Part shown: positions 23,964-35,697 of the stretch, piece by piece
Layout of the letters: each line of letters starts with the position of its first letter
Position numbering within the stretch: the stretch's first letter is position 1
Source of the DNA: Rhizodiscina lignyota
Taxonomy: Eukaryota
Reading direction: 5' to 3'
Assembly (NCBI GenBank): GCA_010015805.1
Contig: ML978128.1
Span: 744,001-808,000 of the forward strand
Length of the DNA: 64,000 nucleotides
Notes under the pieces: generated by a model
Seen by the model: the letters and a program-made list of their open reading frames with translations, nothing else
What the model was told of the DNA's origin: nothing
The model's database searches: none
Program-made: the position numbers and the translations under genes

Positions 23964-25076
23964 GTCGAATAGGAAGAGGATTGTCCGCAATGTTAAGGAG
24001 TGGAATGTGCGAATATTGATTGGCTTCGCCACAATCACTGTAGAGGGGATGGTTTTAAAGTCGAAACCAGTATACAAAAGACAAAGCAGTGGATATAAGG
24101 GTCAAAACGAAAGAGAAGAGTGGAGGAGAAGGACGGCGTTTTAAAGAAAAATGATTTAACGCACGAGTACACACTTTAAATTAGAGCGACGAGTAAATAT
24201 AGACGTCACTCGCAAGAGACACGAGTTTGGTGTGATCTACAGTGATACTAGCGCGGAGTTTTGATGATTTCTAACTGACCTGAGTTTGCGGGTTCGCGAT
24301 GCTAAAGGCGCTACAGCTGCACAATGCCTAGTGAAGGCCTGATACTGCGGCTACAAGCATCAGGGCGATCGTTAAATGAAGTGAATGGGCAGGAAAGACC
24401 TCGAGGTGGTCGACTCTCCGAGGAATTCAGCCTTATCTGTCGTCCTCGCCCTGAACGGAGGCGCAGTAATGGGCATTTCGGGGATGGCTACGGAGTACAT
24501 ATCTATGTGTAGACAATATTCTGAGCGAATGAGCCACACATGTTCAGGAGACGAAGGACGAACTGGGCCAACTTGCGTGTGGCTTCGCAATGTGCCCAAA
24601 TGCGGACGTTGAATGAAATTAAAGGCGAAAATCCCCAAGCTCTGTGACAGGCTTGGCACCGCCACAGCTTAGGGTATGACGGGGCTACGGAGTAGCTTCC
24701 GGGAGCGACAGCGGCACCCGGAAATTGGCCAATTCTAGGTGGGCACCCCACCAAAATTTAGGTACTACTCCCACCCAAACGTATCGCTCCCGGGATGCCA
24801 GTTCCTTCGTAAGTTAGGTAGGTCAGAGGTCCGGCACTTCGTATGATGAGCGAAGTCGGCATGCTTAAGGCGTCCCCGATAAGCTCTCCACCTTCAATTG
24901 TACGCGCTACAACTTCTTTGCTCAGAAACCCTTCATTGATTGTACATGTTGTCTTTGTTAAAGAGACTTGCCAGTTTTAATTCACTAGAGTAACCCTCTG
25001 CGAGACTGATCAATCCGAGCCGAACGCAGAGAGACGGGAGCTCTAACCTACAAGCCTGACTTGTTGCGTGCTGATA

Positions 25077-26432
25077 ATGACCAGAATGCGCCAGCCAAGT
25101 AAGCTAAAATACTTTAAGTTAGGGCTCCCGAGTCTCTAAAACTCACAGCCTTTTGCAGGTGCCGAATTCTTGGGTGACATTATACGGAGATATCGTCCAG
25201 CACTCACTCGTTATGAGGAAATCTACAGGAAGATCCATCAGAATCCCGAACTCTCATTGGAGGAACATGAGACAGCTTCTCTTGTGGAACGGCATTTGAA
25301 AGAGCTGTCCTTTACAGACGTAAAATCGAGAATCGGTGGCACCGGTGTCGTTGGGATCCTTGAAAATGGTCGTGGTCCTGTGGTTCTCCTCCGCGCTGAT
25401 ATGGACGCGCTGCCGATGGAGGAACGCACTGGACTGCCCTATTCAAGCCACAAAACAGCGAAAGGTGAAGATGGAAAAGTTTCTCCAGTCTTTCACGGCT
25501 GTGGGCATGACATGCATACCAGCTGTCTCTTGGCCTGCGCTGACTTGTTATCTGCCGCGAAAAGTACGTGGCACGGTACTGTTGTCTGCTTGTTCCAACC
25601 TGCCGAAGAGAATTTCAGAGGAGCACGAGCCATGGTAGAGGATGGGTTATTCCAGAAGATTCCAAAGCCTTCAGTCCTTCTTGGTCAACATGTTGTCAAG
25701 CGGAAAACGGGTACAATAGCGGTGAAATCTGGCAACATACTCACAGCATGCGACAGGTTCCAAGTCAGGATTCATGGACGTGGTGGACACGGGTCCAATC
25801 CGGCAAATTGCAAAGATCCAATCGTCGCCGGCGCTCACATAATTGGACAATTGCAAACCGTCGTGAGCAGAGAAGTGAATCCGGCAGATTTCGCCGTCCT
25901 CACGTGTGCGAGTTTCACTGCAGGATCACCAGGCGTGTCAGTGATTCCGGATTACGCGGATCTCACAGTCGATATGAGGTCTTACACGCCTGACGTTCGC
26001 GAACGAATCACCACCGCCGCAAAGCGCATTGTGGAGGTCGGATGCGAGGCATTTGGGATGCCAAAGAAACCGGAGTATCTTGATGACCGATCCACTCCTT
26101 CAACAGTAAACGACGTTGCGACTGTTCAGGCTGTCCAAGGCACTTTCAGTTCCTATTTCAGTGGAATGCTCTCCGACACAGACCCGGGCACAGCGAGTGA
26201 GGATTTCGCTGTCCTTGCTGAGCCGTTCAGCACGCCTTACGCGTTTTGGAATTTTGGAGGCATTGGTAAAGAGCGTTGGGAGGAAGCCGAAAGGAAGGGG
26301 AAACTTGACGAAATCCCAGCCAACCATTCTTCGGGGTTTTACCCGGACATCGAGCCTACATTGCAAACTGGCACGGATGCAATGGCGCTCGCTGCACTCA
26401 CCTTTTTGAAGGTCAAGGATTCAAATCTCTAA
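25077..26432 (+). CDS. M20D family amidohydrolase (hippurate hydrolase-like)
   Basis: HQNPELSLEE, VLLRADMDALP, HGCGHDMH, FQPAEE, GRGGHGS, ASEDF and NHS; short first exon and intron 25099-25158. Confidence 0.92.
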
Positions 26433-26949
26433 CAATGTCATGATTGTTGACTTTTATTCAAATGGCATATATCAAGCCCATCCATGATATTTTGCTATTT
26501 GCACCATAGACAATGGTTCAGTGAGATGGAGTTTCGTTTTTACTCACGACAAAATGGATCAGGCGACATCCATATTCTTCTTGAGTTAGCAATAAGGCGA
26601 ACGACTGCCAAACGGCAAGGACGGGAACGTCGGTTCTTCGTCTGCGTTCTGGAAGCCAGAGGCGAAGGCTGATATCTGTACTTACAATTGTCTCGGTATA
26701 CAATGTGAGAACCATGAATCTTGGACTGGATATTTCGAGTCTAGGCTCGGCTTAGTCGAGATACAATTTTGCTCGGTCGAGCTACGTCGCCAGGGGCGGC
26801 TTGGCTGTAGTGGCACTATAATCCATGATACACCATTGTCGCTCAGTCAGTTGGCGTGATATCGTCTATCTATTGTACATAGCTACCAATCCATTGTATA
26901 GTACTTCTCTGTCGATGAATTCTGAAATAGAGCATTGGACTTGAACGCT

Positions 26950-29185
26950 CTAAGCTGGGTATCTTCCATCGCGAGGTGGCGCAAATGGCTGCGCCGGTAA
27001 ATGAGACTGCGGTAAAGGATACGTCTGCGAAGGCCCGGATGCGGTTGTCTGTGAGGGTATTGTCGACTGAGAAGGCTGGCTAGTAAATGGTGGGTACCCA
27101 TGCGGCAGCGATGGATCCAGCAAAACAGGTATGTCTCTAGACCCATCATCATTCCGGGAGGCTTCTGACATCGGATACTCTTCTCCCAAACCGTCATCTA
27201 CCCCTGAGCTTTCCTCTTTTCCTCTCTCATCTCTTTTCTTGTACTCTAGCGCCCGGAGGGTCTTAATCAGCCTTCCAACATCTGGGCCGATGCAGACAAA
27301 GCCGTGGTCCTTCTCCCTCACGTACCAGATCAGCTTGAATATTAGCCACAGCGGCAGTAGAATGATCGGAGCTGCGTATGCGACAGCAATCTTTGTGAAC
27401 GAGGGTTGCGTATCCCACCATGTAGCGCTCGCGAAGGCCAATACAAGGACGCATCCAATGAGACCAGCATAAGCAAGAAAGGGCTGGGCGAAGCCCAGAA
27501 ACGTGTAGGCCTTGTGCGTTGGCCCTAACCGTTTGTATGCAGGATAGTTATTAGCGATATCTGCATCACAAAGATGGAGCCTGCGGAAAGGAACTTGATC
27601 AGCGATGCGTTAAGTGGCTCGCTTGAGTTAACATACCATCTGCAGTAGCGGATGAATGCAATGCAGAGCACAATCCACACGATAAAGCAACTGATGCTCG
27701 CAGAAGTCGAAAGGATTTCTTGTAAATCCTGGACAGCAAACCCTCCCTTCAACTGAAGGAAAGGCAGCCAGATGAAAAAGAGCGCAGAGACCAGTACGGA
27801 ACATGCAGGAACGCCGTTCTTGAAGGGTACAATCTTAAGCCATTGCAGGTGCTTGCCGATAAAGTTCGTCTCGGGTATTTGTGTGGCAAGACCGTACAGC
27901 GTACGTGAGGCGACATATAATGACGTGTTCGAGGATGAGAGAACGCTAAAGATGAGACAGCCGTTGAGAAAGCTGGCAAGAGATCTGTGGCCCGCTTGCC
28001 AAGTTGCAAAGACCACCATGCTACGAGTCGGTGGTGGAAGTGTGATATTGTTATAAACGGTGCCGTTGATACCACCATAGATTTGTGGAAGATGCGGATC
28101 TGTCCATCTGACGTTCAACGCCTCGCCGACGGCCAAGAGAACATAGAGAGTGAGGATAAAGTATGGCATAACTTGAGATGGTCGGCGAAGGTCCTTGGAG
28201 TATTTAGCTTCGTAGGCGGTAACGACGAATATCTCCTGTCCGAGGTAGCTGAAGGCTACAAGGGGAATGGCGTAACTATGTACAATATCGTCAGCAGACT
28301 GTTTCGACAGAGGAGTCAAGAATCGACGCACCAGACGGCTGTGGGGTGATTGTTGGCGAAGACATTATTATTCTGGAAGCCATCGTCAACAGCTGAGAGA
28401 CATTAGCAAAGCTCAAACGAAATCGTCCAAGATACGTACGGCCGTTATTTCCAATGTGCGCCAATCCCGCAATGACGTAGAGCAAGACAGCAGTGCCAAA
28501 TGCGAGGAACACCTTCAAAATGCCACTGATAGACTCAATCCAACCAAATATAGAGACAGGGCTCAAGTTTATGCCCGTAACACCAATGGGTATAAGAACG
28601 TAAAAACCGAGGGTTTGCCATAACTGTGACATACCCCAATATTTCGAAAGATTCGCAGCAGCAAGGTTTTGAACGGCGAAGACTGATGAGAAAGTATACC
28701 TGGAAGTGTCAGTGTTCAGGACCTTGACTAACATTAAAGGGTCACTGACCAGTACGCGATTCCAACGATCCAGCTCAAGTCACGGTCCACAAACGCCTTG
28801 GTGTACTCGGGGAGCGCATTGCGGGCCGGGAAGAGCTGTACAAACTCGCTGATACCGTCAAGTACAGCGATCGAGATGAGACCCATAAGGATGACTGAAG
28901 TGAGGAAGCCCGCCGGACCAGCAATCTCAAGTGCTTCACCATTGCCTGAGAAAGCTCCTCCTCCAATAACGGCGGTTAGAACGATAGCCTGGAGAGAGTC
29001 AGCGCGGAAGCGTCAATCCCAGTCTCACTGCTCACAAAGATTTGCCAGCTTCGTAGTTCCTGCCTAGAAATGTTGTCAGGAATAATTCAAAGCGACGCCT
29101 CGAATGAACGTTTGTGGCGCCGTCAGTGTCGCAACACGTACCTCAGCCCTGTCCCATCACCAGAAATATTTCGACGAGAAGTCAT
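26950..29185 (-). CDS. APC-superfamily (YAT-type) amino-acid permease, sequence-divergent, multi-exon
   Basis: Spliced ELRSWQIFAIVLTAVIGGGAFSGNGEALEIAGPAG, FGWIESISGILK, FSYLGQEI, SVLSSSNTSLYVASRTLYGLA and NGVP; many hydrophobic segments; Pro/Ser/Gln-rich C-tail. The start codon is inferred. Confidence 0.82.
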
Positions 29186-29582
29186 TGCTGCGGTGGGACT
29201 TTGGCAAGGAAAAAAACTTGTAGTGCGTTTCACTTCTGCGCATGATCAGCCTCGTAGCATAGCTGAACAGATATATCATGAGCATGCTCTCGCATTTGCT
29301 CGCAAGAGCCTCATGTTCAAAGCCACAATTCTGTTTCCTGCAGATTCGCAGCCTCCACAATGTTGGGGATGGCGCGCAGACTCGGCCCAATCGATAAAAG
29401 CTGCAAGCGACTTGGCTGCAGCTTTTACGAGAGCTGGCCTTCTGCCTTCTTTTGCCTGACATAGGCAGAGATGGTCTAGGCAAAGCCAGCTGAGAGGCCC
29501 TCGAGGCCTTAAAAATCGTATCTTAACATATGATGGAGGTGCGCAAACTTTGGACATTCTTCTACCCAGGGTCCTTCTCATC

Positions 29583-30026
29583 ATGGTACCTCAGATGATC
29601 CAAAACTGCATTCCGCCCAAGTACGAGAGATATACTGTGAGGAAAGAGACCCTCGAAGCCGCTTTGAAAGAGAAATACAAAAATGAAGGAGGCGATGACT
29701 TAGACTTCAAAGTGGAGGTATGAATTCACAGGTTCAATAACTGAATTGCAACTCATCCCCGAAAGCACGTCAGTGACAGATGGTCATTCCACGCGCCGGA
29801 GGAGCTATCCAAGGTATGTGGTACTCGTTCCCATTGCCCTGAGGCTGAGACTAAGCGTAAGATACAGAAACAGATGAAGTGAGTATCACAGAACCCCGCT
29901 CGACGACTTAGCGAGCTGAGAATGTGCCGCGCAAAAAGGCGTCTGGTCGAGCAAATCAAGGAGGCCGAGCCCGAAGCTGCGGCCACGGTGGCGGAAAATC
30001 AGGCAACGGGCGAAGCGCTGGAGTGA
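29583..30026 (+). CDS. Small (93 aa) four-exon protein of unknown function, absent from the ORF track
   Basis: Exons 29583-29717, 29766-29813, 29868-29878 and 29939-30026 with GTATGA, GTATGT and GTGAGT donors and 48-60 nt introns splice in frame to MVPQMIQNCIPPKYERYTVRKETLEAALKEKYKNEGGDDLDFKVEHVSDRWSFHAPEELSKKQMKRLVEQIKEAEPEAAATVAENQATGEALE. Confidence 0.68.
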
Positions 30027-30535
30027 GCAGGCTGGCATCGATTGAGATGAGGAGAGTTTGCGATTGGCAATAGAATTTGAGTGCACAGGAAGGAGGGAGG
30101 GCGAGTAGTGGTGATTGGGAACAGGGGGTTGTTGCCCGGTTCCGTTTCAGGTTAGCGCTATATCGCACTTCTATCAAGCCAAGGGGATGCACGACGCAAT
30201 TGATTTCTTGAACGTCCACACCCGACTGCGCCTCCCGATTTCAAGTTGCATGACCATGCATGCGGACTCGCTACAGACTCGGTCTGTGATGCCCAGACGA
30301 TATGTCTTTGTGACTTGGGGCGGTCTCGTCATACAGTAGAGCAGGTTTGCAGGTAAGTCGCTGAGCCACCACCCCTCGATGGCTGGGTCGTGGATGATGG
30401 ATGGCATTGCCTCATTCGAAAAGTAATATCTCTAGAGATGACAACAGTAAAACGCGTTGGGTAAGACATTGGTTCAATTTCCAACAACGTTCCAGCTCGG
30501 ACTGCCTACTAGCATTCAATCCGTTCTTCCTGATT

Positions 30536-32306
30536 ATGACCGAAAATGTATCGATAGCGAAAGCGCAGACATTGGCTGCGCTGGAGAGACTTGCGGGCAA
30601 AGGGCCTGAGTCCCGAGGGCGTCCCGCCTTGGAGATCTTGACAGATGAAGACGACGACATCAACATCAGTATCATAGACATAGAAAATGGTAAGTTTCGC
30701 AGGATAGCTTATCGAAATTGTCACTAACGGACATAGGTGCGGTCAATGTGAAATCATACCGCGATGCCAGTGCACTCGAGAAGGCGATCCAGGAAGAAAA
30801 GTGCTTCAGGATCATGTACGTCAATCCCTATTTTGTTACTGATATGACTGACAAGAAATGATGCAGTTCGATCTATTCAGAGTCCACAATTGATCCATTA
30901 GAAGTGTCTCCACATGTATTAGAGAAGATATTATCCAGATATGAGGTCCACTCTGACTTCATGCATGTCGTGGCTTCTTTCGGAGATGAACCCCATCTGG
31001 CAGAAAGCAGCTGCAGCAACATGGCCATGAAGTCAACGGATACGGGTGACATTGGTAGGTAATAATATCCAATATTAGGCACCGAAACTTATCATGAAGC
31101 AGAAATATCATACCAAATACGCTATGTGGAGGAAAATTTCCGAAAGGGGATGAGCAATCCTTGGTCATTTCGACATACAGGAGTTTACCACAAGCACAGT
31201 ACATCATCAGATTTATTCATACTCCTACAGCCACAGCAGAATGCTACAGGAGAACGAAAACTATTGGGTCTCGGTAAGAACGGTTCACTTAAGCTTCAAC
31301 AGTGTCCGTTCATGCTCCATGAACTGCTCTTCTCCGCCTACTTTGAAAACTGGAGATGGTACCATCGCTACTTAGCCGACCGCTTCTCCAGTGTGGTAAG
31401 TAGGAGATACTTTTATCTACCCTCAGATAACCATAACTAACCGAAATCAGAACGACTTGGCAATGGTCGTCAGACCTGCAAATGCCGAAGCCGCATCGAG
31501 CTTTGAGCGAGTACAAAGTCTTCGAAATGTCAATGACTTTATTCTCTTCTCAAGTGGCTGTTGCCGCGGCGACCTTGAGGTTTTGGAAGGTTTCGCAAGT
31601 CTGCGAAATCACGAGTCGTATATGGATCCAGACAATCTCAAATCCGAGATTACCAGAATGCGGGGGTATATCGAAAGTGCAGATGCGCTGCAGGAAAGAA
31701 TTCGTAATGCTATTGACCTCGTAAGCAAACTTCAAGGATATCATGCTGTCCATCATGCGCTTACGATGACCAGGTGGGCTATACATTGATGCTTCATAAC
31801 CAGATGGAGACCGCCAAAGTCGATAAAGAGCTCCGTGATATGACCGGAGAATTAAAACAGCTGACCGAACAGACCGTCGGCCTAAATACGGAGATGAAGA
31901 AGATGACCCAAGACACAATAGACGACAGCGTAACGGTGAAGATTATCACCTTCGTATCGGCGTTCTATATTCCAGGAAGTTTCGCAGGGGTGAGTACAGA
32001 GTGCGAACAATGCATGAAAATTCGTCTTGAGTGTTAATGATACCGCAGACGCTTTTTGGGATGAACTTTTTCGGGTTTGACGCTATCCACAGGCGGATCG
32101 TAATTGCCAACGACTTCTGGATCTTCATCGCCACCTGGATTCCGCTGACGCTCATCACTATCGGTCTGTATTTGTTTGTAGTTTGGATGAATCCTCGCAC
32201 CAAGGGTAAAAGAGGGGCTCACTGGCTCTGGCAAAGACCTTCCAGATCGCAGCTCCCGCTATCGGAGGAAAAAGGTCTTAATGACTCGACGCTCAGCGTT
32301 CCATAG
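30536..32306 (+). CDS. Fungal CorA-like membrane protein (coiled-coil stalk plus two C-terminal TM helices with GMN motif), multi-exon
   Basis: Spliced EISYQIRYVEEN..PWSFRHTGVYH..FILLQP, a helical stalk, then DSVTVKIITFVSAFYIPGSFAG|TLFGMNFF..FWIFIATWIPLTLITIGLY; six GT-AG introns. Confidence 0.85.
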
Positions 32307-32359
32307 CGTGCGAGAAGATGCGGCTTTATGCATGAAATGATTTCCTTTAGTCATAGCCT

Positions 32360-35300
32360 TCAGGAAGGGCCGAATTCCACCATCTCAATTTCCCCTTTGT
32401 CAGTGCAGGTGACTAGGCTGATAATATCATTGACCTCTGTGACCGTCATGGCTACCGGCGAGTTCTGCTTCGGCCTAGTTTTCAAGCTGTGAAGTACTTC
32501 AGCAGACATTGCTGTCTTGCCTATGCCATGACTAGTTCCGTATGTGATGTTGTATTCTTTTAGTTTTGGATGACGTCCAACGCTGTCCAGCTCTAATGTA
32601 ATGAGTGAGTGATCGTTGAACATGCAGGCAGTGAGGACCCGCGTTATCGTCTTGGAAGCAGCTTGTCTCTCCTCCTTCAAGCGAAGCCTCGAAGGGAAGA
32701 AACGATCGGAAGGCGCTTCAATGATAGCGCCAAGCTGAGTGTTGTATGGGAAAATGCGGGCTCCTGGATCACCTCCGATCTTCTAAGAGAACAGTTAGAG
32801 AGGTAATTCATCGTTGTACTTGAGTAACGCTTTACCGCATAACTCTGCTTCATAACTGGATTTTGCGATAAAGTAGTGCCACTTTCGATACGCCACACCA
32901 GTAGTTCATCATTTCCTTGGCCGAAACTCCACGCATATAGTAGGTCTCCCGCGTCATTGAATGCGGCCGACGCAAACGATCGGTTCGGTCTGAGAGAAAG
33001 GCGTTCCTGGTAACCCTCGGAAAACCGTCTGTTTAATTAGCTATTGCTTGTATTTCAGGCCAATGATCTTACTCAACGTGCGTGAAGAGGATAACGTCGT
33101 CGCAGACAAATGCAACAGCGCCTTGCGGTGACAACCCAAAATGTTGAAGAGATGCTATCTGCTCGTGTTCAGGGCCGGAAAATGAGTGTCCTAGATCGAC
33201 ACGGCAAAACATGATCTGGGGGATGATCAGTCTCGATAATTGATGCGTAATCGATCTGCGCAGTTGCGGTTACTGTACCTGCTTCTTCCCTTTGAGTCTA
33301 CCTCTAATGACCAAAAAGGGGCCAGCCATGGCGATATGCTCCCATTTACAGTCTTTTCGCAGTTCTATCGGCGGTCGGAGCTCGCTGGCTCGTTTTCCGA
33401 CTCGATCGAGTGAGAAACGGTATACAACATTATTCACCAAGCACGCTATCCACGACTCGCTCATAAAGATGTCAGTTGCAGTTCCGACTTTCGAAAGCTC
33501 GATAAGCTGTCCCCTTCTCTCAACCTCCAGAGAGAAGGTGCACGAACCGCGGTTGGGGAACGGCTTGCCTCCAATAGGTTGAATTCCATGTGCCGACGGC
33601 GGCATGTTGAGAGTCGAAAGCGACAGTCGCGAAGGCTGAGGTGAACTAGTCAGTGATGTGACAGCGGCATTAATGGATGTTGTCCCCGAAGTGGGCGAAG
33701 CTGACGGTGATTTTTGCCGTGAAATAGGGATCTGTAAAGGGGTTGGCCCTTGGAAGATCGTTTCCTCACTCAAAGTATCTATCCGCTTTATTGTAGGTGC
33801 GCTAGGTGCGCTATTATAGGTCCGACAATCGGAGTTAATTGACGGCACCTGCGTTTCCGAGGTCGAACGTGAGGGAGGACTACCTCCCGCTAAATGGGGA
33901 GCACGTCCAGGATGAAGACCACCTTCGGTGAACGACCTGCAAACACAGCCAGTCACAGAATGGTGCCCAAGAAAATGCTGGCGGATATGGAATGTCATCT
34001 CCATCGCCTGTTTCCCCGTTGGTCGAGTTGCAGTGTCTGGGTCTAGCATTCTCAAGATTCCATCAACACCGGAGGTCATCCAGGAACTATCATGTGAGTA
34101 TCGAACAGGTATTCCAGCCAGCCATGTTATTATCCAAGGCCGAATCTCGTACTCGGACCTTGCGTCCGGAGCAGCCAGATTGCGAGATACCTTTCGGCGA
34201 TAAAAGGAGTCAGTGCCAATATGGCCCTTTCGAACATTTCGAAATTCATTGACAAGGGTATGTCTGCCGAGGGCAAACAGCAGCACTTCGCTGAAGAGAC
34301 ATCCAAATGACCACACATCGCTCCGGCGCCCAACAGTTTTCTGGTTATCGCATACTTCTGGTGCTGTATACGATCCTTCCACACGCTTCGGTCGAGTCTT
34401 GAGTGTCAGTTGGTTGAAGTAGTCCAGTGGCGAGACGAATTTGGTATCTTGCTGCTTCGATTGCTCCCGAAAAACAGAAATCCCGAAGTCCGATAGCTTC
34501 CAGTGACCGACTGGCGTTTGAGAGTCTGTGGGGCCTTCAATGAGCACATTTGCTGGCTTGAGGTCCATGTGAGCGCAATACAGTGGCTCAGGGCTAGTAG
34601 AAACCGTGATGGTTTCATGGAGCCATCGTAAAGCGTCAGCAAGTGACCAACATTGTCTGAGAAGATGGTCGGTGACGCGAACGGAGTTGCTCTTGCACGA
34701 ATCAGTGAGTTCTGGGAACTTGTCAGGGAACATATAGACCCTTTTGTTTTCGTCGCTGATGCCACAACGCAAGAAAATCCCCAGATCCAGGTGCTCGGCG
34801 AACGGTAAAAGGATGTAGTGGACTTGGTTATGGGTAATTGTGGCGAAATGGAGCATGATGTGATCATGCCTTGTGAGACTCTCCTTTAGCATCTCAACAT
34901 TTTGGACTTCTTTGTCGAATTCGTCCTTGATCTTGATCCGCTTGCACGCTACGAGATTAGGCTGTGGGCAATTAGTAGGTCTCGACGACGAGAACGAGTT
35001 TACTCACACCCTCGCTAAACCCGATTCTCTTACTTTTGAGGTATCCTCGGGGGATCCTTACTTCATCCACTTTGCCATAGCCGCCCACTCCAATGTTCTT
35101 CTTTATACTCTCGAAGGGGAGCCTTCTGCGCGAGTCCACCTTATGTGTTTCCGGCGTTGCATACTCTTCAATAACGTAGGGTATGAACATATATTGCTGC
35201 TCGATGAACTGGTCTCTTTTTTGTGGGGTCAGAAAGTCTAGTCGATCGTGTTCTTCGATTGGCAAGTCGGCGTCCGTCAGCACAGGGCCCGAGCTGTTCG

Positions 35301-35697
35301 AAGGGTACATATTCCTGTGGAAGTCTCGTAGGCAGTCTCTTGCATCGACGACAACCAGAATGGAAAGTATCTTTTTCATGAAACTCCGTATGACATCCAC
35401 TTCCTGGTCGGCCCAGCCAGAGCCGATCACGCGAGCCACATTGCGTGGGTCTCCCCAAATTCTGTTCAGATCGTCTTGAACGATGAATGGCTTGCAATAC
35501 TTGTTGTTCGGGTCTTTCTTTGCGTCAAGCAGCTGTTTGTAGATAAGTTCAATGCCATCGCCCCGTTGCTGATTGCTCTGGGAATATGGAGGCGTTGGCG
35601 AGTCGTGGGTAGTTACGCGTGGAGTGTTTCCAAAGCTCCCATAGAACCCAGAAACAGCTCCCGGCCAATTCATTATCGAATCGTTTGGTCCAGCCAT
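32360..35697 (-). CDS. Atypical fungal Ser/Thr protein kinase with N-terminal helical domain, Pro/Ser linker and beta-rich C-terminal domain
   Basis: IGVGGYGKV, ACKRI, HMDLKPANVLI, WKLSDFGIS, YTAPE and SDVWSFGCLFSE. ORFs 34972-35697, 33270-34892 and 32360-32680 are joined by four GT-AG introns; the C-terminal exons contain propeller-like FGLSPQGAVAF and AAFNDAGDLLYAW. Confidence 0.87.

Noticed and set aside
24698..24793. 10-bp inverted repeat ccgggagcga/tcgctcccgg and CGG triplets between the propeller and M20 genes
   Set aside because: Too short to distinguish from chance; it might be a Zn2Cys6 site but is unsupported.
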